A stretch of DNA of 64,000 nt. It comes from an uncultured delta proteobacterium. GTDB taxonomy: Bacteria > Desulfobacterota > Binatia > UBA9968. This document shows positions 1 through 10,567 of the stretch, one piece after another. The DNA lies in NCBI GenBank assembly GCA_963745835.1, contig CAVUZH010000015.1, positions 64,001 through 128,000 on the forward strand, given 5' to 3'. Within the stretch, counting starts at the first letter, position 1. Each line of letters starts with the position of its first letter. Under the pieces are notes generated by a model. The model worked only from the letters and a program-made list of their open reading frames with translations. It was not told the origin of the DNA and made no database searches. The position numbers were made by a program, and so were the translations under genes.

Positions 1-1047
1 CTTGGTGGTTTCGCGCACGGTTTTGTCCGAAGAGACCAGCGCCAAATTCAGATGAGAAAAGCCGGCGTGATACATCAACTCCAACAGCTCGTTGTCGAGG
101 CTTAGATAACTGATGCCGTTCATGGCAACGAACTCCAATTCGCGATCGGGAAACCGCACGATCAGCCGGCGGCAGAGTTCTTTAAAAGTCTTTTTGTAGT
201 AGGTCAGATTGTCGTCTTCGAAATCGATCACGCGATAACCTTGCTGATAGCGGAACTCGATTTCTTCAAGCACGTTCTCCAGTGAACGCCGGCGATAATT
301 CGTGCCGAAAGTGGTGTGCACGGAACAGAAAGAACACTTGTGCGGGCAACTGCGCGAGCTAATCATGAAGGTCATCGGTTTGTCGGCAAACTGATATGCC
401 GAAGGAGCCGTGTCGCTTAGGTCTGGAAACGGCAGCTCGTCGATGGGGAAGTTTTCGCCCATCGGATTGGAGCAGTGCCGGTCGTTTCTTTTGTAGCTCA
501 GATTCGGCACGCTAGCGATGCCGTTTTCGCCTCTGAGATAACGCAACAGTTCCACCAAAGGTTTCTCACCCTCGCCGCGAATGACGTAATCCACCGACGG
601 CGAAGCCAGCATGGATTCAGGCACGGCCGAAGCATGGGAGCCGCCGACGACGATCGGTATACCGAGGTGTTTCTTAACCCGCGCAGCAATCTCCAACACC
701 TCCCGAAAATACGGCGTGAACAGCGAAGATATGCCGACGACATCGGGCCTTATTTCCGCAATCTCTTTTTCGATCGCCTCGAAAGGCTTGCCGAAATGGT
801 AGTACCTGTCGAAAGTCGAGAACGGCGATTTGTCCGCTACCGGGTAATAACCTTTAAGGTAAAGCAGCTCTTTGGGGATCGCCACCGTCCGGCGACCGCA
901 GCCGGCGTGATAATCTTTGATGATGACGTCGACTCCGGGCAGATGCTTGTTTACCGCAGCTTTAAGATAAGCAAGCCCGATCGGCTGGAGGCGCACGTCG
1001 GTGTCGTAGAAATCTTGAACCGGTGGTTGGATGAGCAGAAGCTTCAT
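1..1047 (-). CDS. B12-binding domain radical SAM protein (3' end beyond window start; absent from ORF track)
   Basis: Manual minus-strand translation: MKLLLIQPPVQDFYDTDVRLQPIGLAYLKAAV... and SSRSCPHKCSFC (CxxxCxxC) near 325-360. Confidence 0.9.
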   Translation of the reverse strand, partial: MKLLLIQPPVQDFYDTDVRLQPIGLAYLKAAVNKHLPGVDVIIKDYHAGCGRRTVAIPKELLYLKGYYPVADKSPFSTFDRYYHFGKPFEAIEKEIAEIRPDVVGISSLFTPYFREVLEIAARVKKHLGIPIVVGGSHASAVPESMLASPSVDYVIRGEGEKPLVELLRYLRGENGIASVPNLSYKRNDRHCSNPMGENFPIDELPFPDLSDTAPSAYQFADKPMTFMISSRSCPHKCSFCSVHTTFGTNYRRRSLENVLEEIEFRYQQGYRVIDFEDDNLTYYKKTFKELCRRLIVRFPDRELEFVAMNGISYLSLDNELLELMYHAGFSHLNLALVSSDKTVRETTK

Positions 1048-1089
1048 AGACGCTTTTGAGCTATAGACGATTCGCGTTCGGCACCAAAG

Positions 1090-1830
1090 TTAGGTCATGA
1101 TCCTCCCGCCGTTCACATGGATCGTTTGTCCCGTTATGTGCTTGGCTGCATCGCTGGCTAAATATGCCACGGCTTCGGCGACGTCTTCCGGCCTGCCGGC
1201 ATGACCCAGTGGAATTCTCTTGGCTGCGGCTTCCCATTCCGCATCGGTGTAGTTTGCTCTGACGCGAGGCGTCGCGATTCGTCCGGGCGCAATGGCGTTG
1301 ACGCGAATGCCGATGGTTGCGAGCTCAAGGGCCAAGGATCTCGTCAGGCCCAATATACCGGCCTTTGCGGCCGCATAGGCGGAGCGGCTGGGATCGCCGC
1401 TGAAAGCAATATCCGATGAAATGTTTACGATCGAACCGGATTTTTGGGTCTTCATTATTGGTATAGCAGCCCGGCAACAAAGAAACGTCGATGTCAGATT
1501 TGCATCGATGACGGCTTGCCACTGTGCGAGCGGAAACTCATCGAGCAGATGCCGGTGCATGCTCCCACCGGCAACGTTGACCAGAACATCGATCTGGCCA
1601 TGTTCGGCTTTGATCTTATCGAAAGCTGACTGCACTTCGCTTTCTTGCGTTACATCAACGCGTGAAAACGCGACAGGTATGCCGCGTCTGCGAAATTCGG
1701 CAGCAACTTTAGCGCCCGCCTCATCATTGATATCCAAAATGCCCACGATTTGTTTCTCTCTCGCTAGGCATTCGGCGACCGCCTGGCCGATGCCACCGGC
1801 TCCTCCTGTTATCACCGCGATTTTGTTCAT
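1090..1830 (-). CDS. SDR family NAD(P)-dependent oxidoreductase (FabG-like)
   Basis: TGGAGGIG, YAAAK, IRVNAIAPG motifs. Confidence 0.93.
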   Translation of the reverse strand: MNKIAVITGGAGGIGQAVAECLAREKQIVGILDINDEAGAKVAAEFRRRGIPVAFSRVDVTQESEVQSAFDKIKAEHGQIDVLVNVAGGSMHRHLLDEFPLAQWQAVIDANLTSTFLCCRAAIPIMKTQKSGSIVNISSDIAFSGDPSRSAYAAAKAGILGLTRSLALELATIGIRVNAIAPGRIATPRVRANYTDAEWEAAAKRIPLGHAGRPEDVAEAVAYLASDAAKHITGQTIHVNGGRIMT

Positions 1831-2236
1831 ACGGATCCCCTTCAGGTTACGTTAACCGTCCACTATCGCGTGCATTGGCTGTGCATCAATGTATTGCGAT
1901 GCCTTTCCGGCCAAACTGGTTATGGCGGCGCAGTCCTTCTCAACGGCGACGACAGCGCCACAGTCACGAATAAACATTTTAGGGGTTCTTAATCGGTTTT
2001 GGCACCCTTCACGGAGCACTGTCAACGCGTCCATCGCTTCGGCAGTAATCACGGCTGTTATCCGCGTGTGAGCTGCCAGACGCGTGCTGGCGGCTGCAAC
2101 CTAACGGTCGAGCTTTCAAGTCAATGAAATTCGCTTAAAGCAAAGCCTCGCTAGGCAATCATCAACCAGCAACATTCCACTATGTTCCCTTTCTTGAATG
2201 CACCGGTTGTTCGTCTCGTCTTAATCCTTTTTCCCC

Positions 2237-2266
2237 TTGACAGTAAGTCGCGGTTCGTGATGATTT
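2237..2266 (+). promoter_or_regulatory. Possible sigma70 promoter for the ABC operon
   Basis: Perfect TTGACA at 2237, weak -10 (GATGAT/ATGATT) 16-17 nt later; GGAGGAG RBS before 2316. Confidence 0.4.
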
Positions 2267-2315
2267 ACCGCGGCGGCAAATCCTTTTAACGATCGACCCA
2301 TTCCACGGAGGAGCT

Positions 2316-3632
2316 ATGAGGCATTGGAGCTTGTGGTGTGTTAGCGCATTGATTTTCGTGTTTGCTGATTTCGCATCGGCGAAAGAAGTGGTGATCGTCA
2401 CATCTTTTCCCAAGGAACTCTTCGAAACCTACAAAAAAACCTTTGAGGCCAAGCATCCGGGCATCAAAGTCATCATCAACAGCAAACAAACCAATGCCGG
2501 AGTCACTTACCTGCGCGAAACCAAGGCGAGACCTGAGGCGGATATTTTTTGGGTCAGCGCTCCCGATGCTTTCCAGACCCTGGAGTCCGACGGCTTATTG
2601 GAGAAGTATGCGCCACCCAAGGAAATCATGGGCCGAATCCCGGCAAAGATCGGCGACTATCCGATTCACGATCCGGACGGCAACTACTTCGGTTTTGCCA
2701 TCAGCGGCTACGGCTTGATGTGGAATAAAAATTATCTCAAGGCGCACAAGCTCACGGCTCCCAAGGAGTGGACGGACCTCACCGACGGAAGATATCACGG
2801 CCATCTGGTGATCAGCGCGCCCTCGCGCAGCGGCACGACGCATTTGACGGTGGAAACCATTCTCCAGGCCTACGGCTGGGACAAAGGTTGGGCTTTGTTA
2901 ATCAATTCCGGCGGCAACATGGGCAGTATCACCGAACGGAGTTTCGGCGTCCCTGAAGCAGTCATCAGCGGCCAGTATGGCATCGGTGTGGTGATCGACT
3001 TCTTCGGGTTATCGGCGATCGCCAGCGGCCAGCCGGTGGAATTTGCTTATCCGTCTTTGACCTCGGTGGTTCCGGCCAGCGTTGCTATCGTCAAGGGCGG
3101 GCCTAATCCGGAAAATGCGCGGGCATTTGTCAATTACCTCCTCAGTGAAGCGGGTCAGACGGTGCTTTTTACACCGGAGATTGCCCGGTTGCCGGTGATC
3201 CCCGAACTCTATTCGAAAGCGCCGAAAGATTACCCGAATCCATTCAAGACAAAGATGGGCGGAGTCAGTTTCGACGACAAACTATCATCCGGACGGCGCG
3301 ACGTGGTGAATTCTCTGTACGATCATATCATCACCTTCCGGCATAACGAGTTGAAAGACGCATGGGCCGCTATCTACCGGGCCGAAGCGGCGCTCGCCAA
3401 GAGCAAAAGCGCCAATGCCGCTCAAGGGAAAACCCTCGTTGCCGAAGCCAGGAAAGTCGCGAGCCAGGTGCCGATCAATGATCAGCGAGCCAGTGACAAG
3501 GAAGTCACGGGTGCGTTTAGATCGAAGTCAGGTCTCAAGGCGCAACTTGAAACGGAATGGGAAAACCTCGCCAAGGCGAACTACGCCAAGGCAAGAGAGC
3601 TGGCAGCTAAAGCGCTCGCTTCAGCCAAGTAA
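2316..3632 (+). CDS. ABC transporter solute-binding protein (AfuA/PgtC-like)
   Basis: Signal peptide; ADIFW, SAPSRSGTTH, NPENARAFVNYLLS motifs. Confidence 0.88.
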   Translation: MRHWSLWCVSALIFVFADFASAKEVVIVTSFPKELFETYKKTFEAKHPGIKVIINSKQTNAGVTYLRETKARPEADIFWVSAPDAFQTLESDGLLEKYAPPKEIMGRIPAKIGDYPIHDPDGNYFGFAISGYGLMWNKNYLKAHKLTAPKEWTDLTDGRYHGHLVISAPSRSGTTHLTVETILQAYGWDKGWALLINSGGNMGSITERSFGVPEAVISGQYGIGVVIDFFGLSAIASGQPVEFAYPSLTSVVPASVAIVKGGPNPENARAFVNYLLSEAGQTVLFTPEIARLPVIPELYSKAPKDYPNPFKTKMGGVSFDDKLSSGRRDVVNSLYDHIITFRHNELKDAWAAIYRAEAALAKSKSANAAQGKTLVAEARKVASQVPINDQRASDKEVTGAFRSKSGLKAQLETEWENLAKANYAKARELAAKALASAK

Positions 3633-3689
3633 ACGCAATTTGGAATTCGCGCGCGGATGTTCGGCAGCTGAGCTGGCTACGAGAGTCCT

Positions 3690-5396
3690 ATGGAGCTGAC
3701 TCAAGTCGGCGTTGCTGCGCGCTGGCGCGCAGGCGTAGACTGGTGGCAAAACGGCATTCTTCTAGTGCTGCTGGTCATTCTCACGGCGTTTATTCTTTAC
3801 CCGGTCTTGAGTGTCCTGTGGATCTCGCTTTCCGATGATCAAGGCAGCCTGACCTTTATTCACTTCGCTAATTTCTTTCATCGCCCGCTTTTTCGCGAGG
3901 CCTTGTGGAACACCTTGCTCAGCGGCGCTCTGGTGGTTTTGTTTGGCGCGCTTTTGGGAGTTCCGCTGGCTTACATCATCGCGCGTTATGATTTTAGGGG
4001 GAAACTGTTACTGCAAACCGCGGCGACTCTCCCTTTGGTGGTGCCGCCGTTTGTTGGCGCGGTGGCGCTGCAGCTGATTCTGGGTCGCAGCGGCATGGTC
4101 AACCTGCTCCTGATGAGCTGGTTCGATACCACGATTCCTTTTATGGAAGGGTTGACCGGCGTCATTCTCGTGCAAACCTTGCACTTCTTCCCATTCATTT
4201 TACTCAACACGGTTGTGTCGCTGTCGAACGTCGACTCCTCTCTCGAAGAGGCGGCGCAAAACCTCGGCTGTAAGGGTGTTCGCCTTTTCCGGCGCGTGAC
4301 CCTGCCGTTGATGCTTCCCGGCTTTACCGCCGGCGCTCTCCTGACGTTTATTCGAGCGATCGACGATCTGGGCACGCCGTTGATGCTGAACTACAAGAAC
4401 CTGCTCGCGCCCCAGGCTTACCTGAGAATCACGACCATCGGCATGGACGACGTCGACGGCTATGTCGTCTGCGTCGTGCTGGTGGTGATTTCTCTGGCTT
4501 CGCTGCTGGCGGCCCGCAAGTATCTAAGCCTCGCCGAATACGCCACCGTGCAGCGCTCCGCTTCCAGCGCCAAGCCGCTCTACGGCAAAAGGCTGGCGCT
4601 CGTCTGGCTGATCAGCGCGCTCATTTTGGCCGTGAGCCTGTTGCCTCACATCGGCATCGTTTTGCTGTCGTTCTCCAAGATCTGGAGCTTTACGCTGCTG
4701 CCGTCCACGTATACGTTGGACAACTATGCGGATATTTTTTTTCGAGTGCCTCACTTCGTGGTCAACACGTTGATCTATACTATCCTCGCGGCAACGCTCG
4801 ATGTGATTCTTGGCGCCGTGATCGCGTTCCTGCTGTTGCGCAGTCGGGTGCGGGGAAGGAATGTTCTTGACGCCATCGCGACGATGCCGCTGGCGATTCC
4901 AGGCGTGGTTCTCGCTGTCGGCTATCTGCGCGTTTTTCACGGGTGGGATTTCCCCGGAATCGGCGCGCCGTTGACCTCATCCTGGCTGATTCTGGTGATC
5001 GCTTACACGATGCGGCGACTGCCCTACACCGTGCGCGCCAGCTACGCCGCTCTCCAACAAGTTCATGTCACTCTCGAAGAATCGGCGCAAAGTCTCGGAG
5101 CGAACCGGTTTGGCACTTTCAGGAAAATTACCCTGCCGATGATCACCGGAGGTTTGCTGGCCGGCGGATTGATCGCTTTCGTCACTTCATCCGTGGAGCT
5201 CGCATCCACTATCATGCTCGTGCCGCGGATTGAATTGGGACCGATTTCCTATGGGATTTACCTGTACATGCAGAGCCCGCTCGGCCGGGGCGCGGGCGCT
5301 GCGCTGGGAGTGATAGCGATTCTATTAGTGGCTATCGGAACTTATCTGACGCACCGAATCTTCGGCGGCCGCGCCGGTAACGCTTTTCGTATCTGA
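3690..5396 (+). CDS. Fe(III)-type ABC transporter permease with duplicated EAA loops
   Basis: About 12 TM segments; LEEAAQNLG and LEESAQSLGA. Confidence 0.92.
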   Translation: MELTQVGVAARWRAGVDWWQNGILLVLLVILTAFILYPVLSVLWISLSDDQGSLTFIHFANFFHRPLFREALWNTLLSGALVVLFGALLGVPLAYIIARYDFRGKLLLQTAATLPLVVPPFVGAVALQLILGRSGMVNLLLMSWFDTTIPFMEGLTGVILVQTLHFFPFILLNTVVSLSNVDSSLEEAAQNLGCKGVRLFRRVTLPLMLPGFTAGALLTFIRAIDDLGTPLMLNYKNLLAPQAYLRITTIGMDDVDGYVVCVVLVVISLASLLAARKYLSLAEYATVQRSASSAKPLYGKRLALVWLISALILAVSLLPHIGIVLLSFSKIWSFTLLPSTYTLDNYADIFFRVPHFVVNTLIYTILAATLDVILGAVIAFLLLRSRVRGRNVLDAIATMPLAIPGVVLAVGYLRVFHGWDFPGIGAPLTSSWLILVIAYTMRRLPYTVRASYAALQQVHVTLEESAQSLGANRFGTFRKITLPMITGGLLAGGLIAFVTSSVELASTIMLVPRIELGPISYGIYLYMQSPLGRGAGAALGVIAILLVAIGTYLTHRIFGGRAGNAFRI

Positions 5397-5397
5397 C

Positions 5398-6491
5398 ATG
5401 CAAGCGGCTAGTGTCAGACTGGAAAATGTCGGAAAACGTTACGGCGATCACTGGGTAGTTTGCAGTGTCACCCTGGATATCAAGCAGGGAGAGTTCTTCA
5501 CCTTTCTCGGACCCAGCGGCTGCGGCAAAACGACCTTGTTGCGGATCGTTGCGGGATTTGTTGCATCCGACCAGGGGGTCGTCTATTTGGACGACCAACC
5601 GATGAACCATGTGCCGCCCTGGCGCCGGGACATCGGCCTGGTTTTTCAAAACTATGCCCTGTGGCCGCACCTGAGCGTCTTCGAGAACGTCGCCTTCGGT
5701 TTGAGAGAACGGAAAGTTGCGCGCGGCGAGATCGAGCGCCGCGTCGCTGCGGCTCTCAAGCAAGTTGATCTTGCCAGGAGCTGAGAAACGACGTCCATCA
5801 CAGCTTTCCGGCGGCCAACAGCAAAGAGTCGCTCTGGCGCGCACACTGGTGATCCAGCCGCGAGTGCTGCTTCTTGACGAGCCTCTCAGCAATCTTGACG
5901 CTAAACTGCGCATAGAAATGCGCCTAGAGCTGCTCAAGCTGCAACGGGACCTCGGGCTGACGACGATTTATGTGACGCATGATCAGGAGGAAGCTTTAGC
6001 CATGTCGACCCGCATCGCCGTTATGAGGGACGGCAAGGTCATACAACAAGGTAAGCCGCGCGAGATCTACGAGCAACCCGCCGATAAATTTGTCGCGGCA
6101 TTTTTGGGGCATGCCAATCTATTTTCAGGTCAAGTCATCTCCTCCGGCGAGGGGTCGATCGACGTTGATGTCGGCGGCGGCCTCGCCATACGCGCCGGCC
6201 GCGTGACGGCCTCGATTCCTCCTAGAGGTAGAAAGGCTCTTTCTCAGTGTTCGTCCCGAGGCCGTCGAGCTCCAGGAGATCGGCAAGGTTTGCAACGGCG
6301 TCAATCACATCAAAGGACACGTGATCGCGGCTGCGTACCGAGGATCGCTTATCGAATATGAGATTGCTGCCGGTGATCACGCCATCAAAGCTCACGTCGT
6401 CAATCCCAAGGGAAAACCCTTGTTTGAACGAAATCAGCCAGTGTGCCTCCGCTTCGCTCCCGAGGATGTAACTTTAGTCAGCGGTGATTGA
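5398..6491 (+). CDS. ABC transporter ATP-binding protein (PotA/FbpC-like with TOBE tail), two +1 frameshifts (~5776, ~6230)
   Basis: GPSGCGKT in the first frame, LSGGQQQR and LLLDEP in the second, LSVRPEAV...[12 protein letters not shown] in the third; probably sequencing indels. Confidence 0.85.
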
Positions 6492-6633
6492 CAGCATCAT
6501 GATCATCACCCGTCTGCCCGGATTTCGCGGTCGAGTTGGGAAAGGCGGAGAAAAGAGGTTATGTATTCTGATGCGCCTGGCTTGATGCCGCCCAGGGCCA
6601 AAGACGAAATTCCAAAGCTTAGGCTGGGATCCT

Positions 6634-7242
6634 ATGAAAAAACGAAAATACCTTTTGATAGTGCCATTCACTGTGGTGTTCATCTCAGCCATATCGGCGT
6701 TGATTTACACCCAAAGATTCGCCCAAGAGGCGGCAATTCTAAAAATAAATCAACAGTACGAAAAAAAGACGGTAATAAAAACATCAACAATTCCCGGTGC
6801 CGGCAATGGATTATATGCGGCAGTGAAAATCAACAAGGACGAAATTATCGGTGAATTGGGTGGCCGCCTGGTTTCTGATGACGATGAGTCCCATGGCAAT
6901 CACTATATCGCATCAATCCCTGAATGTGCTTGGGAAAAAACTCACCCCTACAAGTATATCGACTCTAAAGAGCATGGCGGGCATGTCAGCCGCATCAATT
7001 TCGCCCCAAGCGAGATCAACGGAATAGCAACGCATCTGCAAAACGCTACGATCAAACAAATCTGCGAATATCCGTATTTTATCTATATTGCCGTGAGAGA
7101 TATCGAACCCGGAGAGGAAATCTGGTCGAGTTACGGCCCGGATTATGGCTACAACCACTTCATGAACATTCCCGAGGTGCGAGATTTTTTCTGCGGGCTG
7201 GTAAAGCTTGACTGCCGCGATCGATTTACCTTCTCTCATTAG
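6634..7242 (+). CDS. SET domain protein with N-terminal membrane anchor
   Basis: GAGNGLYA, SRINF, AVRDIEPGEEIWSSYGPDY; basic then hydrophobic N-terminus. Confidence 0.82.
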   Translation: MKKRKYLLIVPFTVVFISAISALIYTQRFAQEAAILKINQQYEKKTVIKTSTIPGAGNGLYAAVKINKDEIIGELGGRLVSDDDESHGNHYIASIPECAWEKTHPYKYIDSKEHGGHVSRINFAPSEINGIATHLQNATIKQICEYPYFIYIAVRDIEPGEEIWSSYGPDYGYNHFMNIPEVRDFFCGLVKLDCRDRFTFSH

Positions 7243-7444
7243 AACCGGCACGAGATCGGCACGACGAGCTGCATGCCTAGCGCTGTCGGCGGCAATTAGC
7301 ACCAGTGATAACCGAGTTCCTACGCCTTACATAAGCTTCTCAGCCGCGAATATGTCTGATCAGAGTGGCGGATCTCGGCGCCGTTGTGATATCGCTCAGG
7401 CGAGACTTTCATTCTAAGCTGCGCGAAATCGGGGGCAGTAGTCG

Positions 7445-8512
7445 ATGAAGATAGAGACCGTTGAAACCACCGTGCTCGAGATGCCGTACACCAAGCCATT
7501 GATTACGGCGACCAATCATTTCACCGTCGCTCGCGGGCTGCTCGTCAAAGTCGTTACCGACGGAGGCGCCCAGGGCTATGGCTATTCGGATCTTTTTCCG
7601 CGCACCGGTGAGACGCCGGAGACCGCGCGCCACGTCATCGACGCGGTGCTCAAGCCGAAAATCAATGGGCGTGAATTAGAAGATTTGGCTCGCATAAGGG
7701 CGGACGTGGATCACACGCTGACCGGCAACCCAAGAGCCAAAGCCGCATTAGAATGCGCTTTGTACGATGCGCTGGCGCGCAGCGTCCATATTCCGTTGAA
7801 TCTGCTGTTGGGCGGGCGTTATCGAAATGAAATCAGAGTGATCAAAATGATCAGCGTCGGCCAGCCGGAGATGATGGCCAGTGAAGCCAAACAGGTGGCC
7901 GATGAAGGACTCGCGCTAAAGCTCAAGATGAGCGGCAGGATTGGCCTGGACCTGTCCCGTGTCGCCAAAGTGCGCCAGGCCGTCGGCGATGATGTATTCA
8001 TCAAGGTCGATGCCAACGAAGCCTACGATGCCAAGACTGCGATCCGTCTTGCCAAGGGCTTGGCCGACCATGGCGTGGAAATCTTTGAGCAACCCGTGCC
8101 GCGCGATCAACTCGGCGCGCTCTGGGAAGTTAAAAAACATTCGCCGATAAAAATTGAAGCGGATCAGTCGGTGCGCACCGTAGCCGATGCCGCCTACTTG
8201 ATCAAAGAGCGCATGGTGGATTCGATCAACACCGGTATCCAAAAGATCGGCGGCATCCAGGAGGTAAGGAAAATTGCCGAGTTGTGCGAACAGACCGGCA
8301 TAAGCTGCGCGCTCTCCAATACCGCCGGTAGCATGGTGGGCGATGCTGCCGCGGTGCATCTTGCCGCGAGCATGCCGGGGATCTCGCCTCTGTGTGAGCT
8401 CGGAGAATTTGAGGTTGTTTCCGGAGACCCATTCTTTGGCCTCGCGGTCGAAAAAGGCGCCATAGAAATACCCAAAGGGGAGGGCTTGGGTGTAAGTCTC
8501 AGAGGATTGTAA
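7445..8512 (+). CDS. Mandelate racemase/muconate lactonizing enzyme family protein
   Basis: KLK, VDANE, FEQP, ADQS metal-ligand pattern of the enolase superfamily. Confidence 0.9.
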   Translation: MKIETVETTVLEMPYTKPLITATNHFTVARGLLVKVVTDGGAQGYGYSDLFPRTGETPETARHVIDAVLKPKINGRELEDLARIRADVDHTLTGNPRAKAALECALYDALARSVHIPLNLLLGGRYRNEIRVIKMISVGQPEMMASEAKQVADEGLALKLKMSGRIGLDLSRVAKVRQAVGDDVFIKVDANEAYDAKTAIRLAKGLADHGVEIFEQPVPRDQLGALWEVKKHSPIKIEADQSVRTVADAAYLIKERMVDSINTGIQKIGGIQEVRKIAELCEQTGISCALSNTAGSMVGDAAAVHLAASMPGISPLCELGEFEVVSGDPFFGLAVEKGAIEIPKGEGLGVSLRGL

Positions 8513-8522
8513 CTGCGGTGAG

Positions 8523-8584
8523 GGAGTAATGGAGTGGTGGAGTAAAGGGCTTGGGAATCGCGATACTCCAATCCTCCAACTCCA
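8523..8584. repeat. Intergenic hairpin of 8-nt micro-repeats (GGAGTnnT)x3 and inverted copies
   Basis: GGAGTAAT GGAGTGGT GGAGTA ... TACTCC AATCCTCC AACTCC. Confidence 0.8.
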
Positions 8585-8607
8585 GCTTTTTGTTCCGGGA
8601 GATTTTA

Positions 8608-9315
8608 ATGAGCCAATCTGAATTTGCCGCGGCCATCGACAAGATCGTCGGCGACTATAATGATCGCCTGAAGTGGGTGTTATTTTCCAAAGATCATCTA
8701 ACCCGTGAGGCGGCTCAAGTATTGATCGAGCAATGGTCAAATTTCACGCGGCACAGCCGGCAGTGCTGGGCGCATGTCGTTGGTAACTGTCCGATTATCG
8801 AGGTGCGTAAATTTATCGTCACAGAAAACCTTTACGAGGAAGAGGCGCAGGAGGGCCACTCGCATTTTGAAATTCTCGTGCGCATGGGAATGGCCGTGGG
8901 GCTGACGCGGCACGACATTGAATTCGCCAAGCCATTGCCGACCACGGTAGTGGCGATGAATGCGTGGGAAGCGATGACTAAAAATCGCTCCTGGTATGAG
9001 GGCCTTGCGTCCAAGTCAGTGCTCGAGCGAACCAACAATCCGAACTGCGGCAACTTTTCCCATCATCAGGCCGATTACTGGACCCGCCAGTTAAATCTGT
9101 CCAAAGCGGACACGGAGTTTTGGTGGATGCACGATTCGGTGGATCAGATTCACGGCGACGGCTCGTTGAAACTTTTGGAAAAATATTTGACACGGGACGA
9201 CCAGAAGCAGGCGGCGCTGCGCGCGGCGGAAGAATCGATGATGGCCTGGACGGTCTACTTCGACGGTTTTTACTATGAAGGGGTCCGAAGAAGCGGGGCG
9301 GGCCCATTAAAGTGA
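8608..9315 (+). CDS. Heme-oxygenase-like diiron enzyme (PqqC/CADD/TenA superfamily)
   Basis: ENLYEEE...HSH, VLE, WWMHDSVDQIH match the CADD-type E..H..E..HxxxDxxH ligand set; ATG at 8608 after GGGAG. Confidence 0.82.
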   Translation: MSQSEFAAAIDKIVGDYNDRLKWVLFSKDHLTREAAQVLIEQWSNFTRHSRQCWAHVVGNCPIIEVRKFIVTENLYEEEAQEGHSHFEILVRMGMAVGLTRHDIEFAKPLPTTVVAMNAWEAMTKNRSWYEGLASKSVLERTNNPNCGNFSHHQADYWTRQLNLSKADTEFWWMHDSVDQIHGDGSLKLLEKYLTRDDQKQAALRAAEESMMAWTVYFDGFYYEGVRRSGAGPLK

Positions 9316-9320
9316 AACGT

Positions 9321-9452
9321 GTTCCAATCGTTCAAAACGTTCAAGTCGTTCAAATCGTCTAGGAGTTGACGCACGATAACCGGATAGTTATCCGATTAAA
9401 CGGTTTGAACGTTTTGAACTAATTGAACGGTTGGAACGGGAGCGAAGCGACG
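9321..9452. repeat. Intergenic hairpin of 9-nt micro-repeats (GTTCAAnnC)x4 and (nnTTTGAAC-like)x4-5, followed by GAGCGAAGCG
   Basis: gttccaatc gttcaaaac gttcaagtc gttcaaatc ... ggtttgaac gttttgaac taattgaac ggttggaac. Confidence 0.85.
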
Positions 9453-9467
9453 ATTTAGGAGTGAGCT

Positions 9468-10562
9468 ATGGCAAAAGCCGAAACCAACAAAACCCTTCAG
9501 CAATTCGACGAGGAACTCAAGCGCCAGCACATGAGCGGTCAGTGGCTTTACGAAGGGCTTTTGACCGGGTGCATCGGCGGGCCCAAGCCGCGCGGCGAGG
9601 CCTTCATCTGGCCGTGGAAAACGGTGCACGAGAAATTACTCGAGGCCTGCGACGTCTTGGAGGAGAGCTTCACGGCCCGGCGCAGTCTGTTATTCAACAA
9701 CCCCGGTCTACCAACAGGCGGCACGACTCATACCTTGCTCATGGGTATTCAGATGATCAAGCCCGGCGAGATCGCCTGGGCACACCGCCATACGTTGGCG
9801 GCGATTCGCTTCGTCGTCAAAGGCGATGGCAAGGTCTTTACTGTCGTCAATGGCGAGAAGTGTCCCATGGAGCCAAATGATTTGATTCTCACGCCGCAGT
9901 GGACGTGGCACGATCACCAGAATCCCACGGGGGAAAGCGCCGTATGGGTCGACGTGCTCGACGTGCCCTTTCTGCTTGGCCTCAACCAACCCTTTTACGA
10001 ACCCTATCCGGGCAACAAAGTACAAGCCGTTCGCGAAAAATCGAGCGACCATCTGCAGCATCGCACGGGGTGGGTAAGGCCGTCCTGGGAAGATACCAAG
10101 CAACGAAATATCCCGTTGCGCTACCGCTGGAAAGACATCGAGCCGCAGCTGCGCGTATTGGCGGATAGCCCTGGAAGTCTCTACGATGGCGTGGCTTTGG
10201 AATATGTCAATCCGATGACCGGCGGTCCGACCCTGGCGACGCTCAGTTGCTGGATTCAATTACTGCGACCTGGCGAGCGCACAAAAAAACATCGTCATAC
10301 TTCGAGCGCGGTTTATTTCGTAGTCGGCGGCAATGGCACGACGATTGTCAATGAAAAGGCGATGGACTGGACGAAGCACGATTCCTTTGCGGTGCCCAAC
10401 TGGGCATGGCATGAGCATGCGAACCGTTCGAAGTCGGAAGAGGCGATTCTGTTTTCAGTTAACGACACGCCGATTGTCCGCGCCTTTCATTTGTACCGTG
10501 AAGAACCGGAAGATTCCTTGCACACATTGGCGCCGCCACAAGTCCCGGCGATAGAAAGATGA
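9468..10562 (+). CDS. Bicupin ring-cleavage dioxygenase, gentisate 1,2-dioxygenase family
   Basis: AHRHT...WTWHDH and KHRHTSS...WAWHEH cupin motifs; EYVNPMTGGPTL. Confidence 0.88.
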   Translation: MAKAETNKTLQQFDEELKRQHMSGQWLYEGLLTGCIGGPKPRGEAFIWPWKTVHEKLLEACDVLEESFTARRSLLFNNPGLPTGGTTHTLLMGIQMIKPGEIAWAHRHTLAAIRFVVKGDGKVFTVVNGEKCPMEPNDLILTPQWTWHDHQNPTGESAVWVDVLDVPFLLGLNQPFYEPYPGNKVQAVREKSSDHLQHRTGWVRPSWEDTKQRNIPLRYRWKDIEPQLRVLADSPGSLYDGVALEYVNPMTGGPTLATLSCWIQLLRPGERTKKHRHTSSAVYFVVGGNGTTIVNEKAMDWTKHDSFAVPNWAWHEHANRSKSEEAILFSVNDTPIVRAFHLYREEPEDSLHTLAPPQVPAIER

Positions 10563-10567
10563 CAGCC

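Noticed and set aside
475-1059. 194-aa plus-strand ORF
   Set aside because: Antisense shadow of the minus-strand radical SAM gene; the same applies to most short overlapping ORFs in the track
1852-2052. 66-aa ORF whose tail (KDCAAITSLAGKASQYIDAQ...VDG) faintly resembles an SDR C-terminus
   Set aside because: Similarity too weak to call by eye and no clear RBS; needs a tBLASTn check
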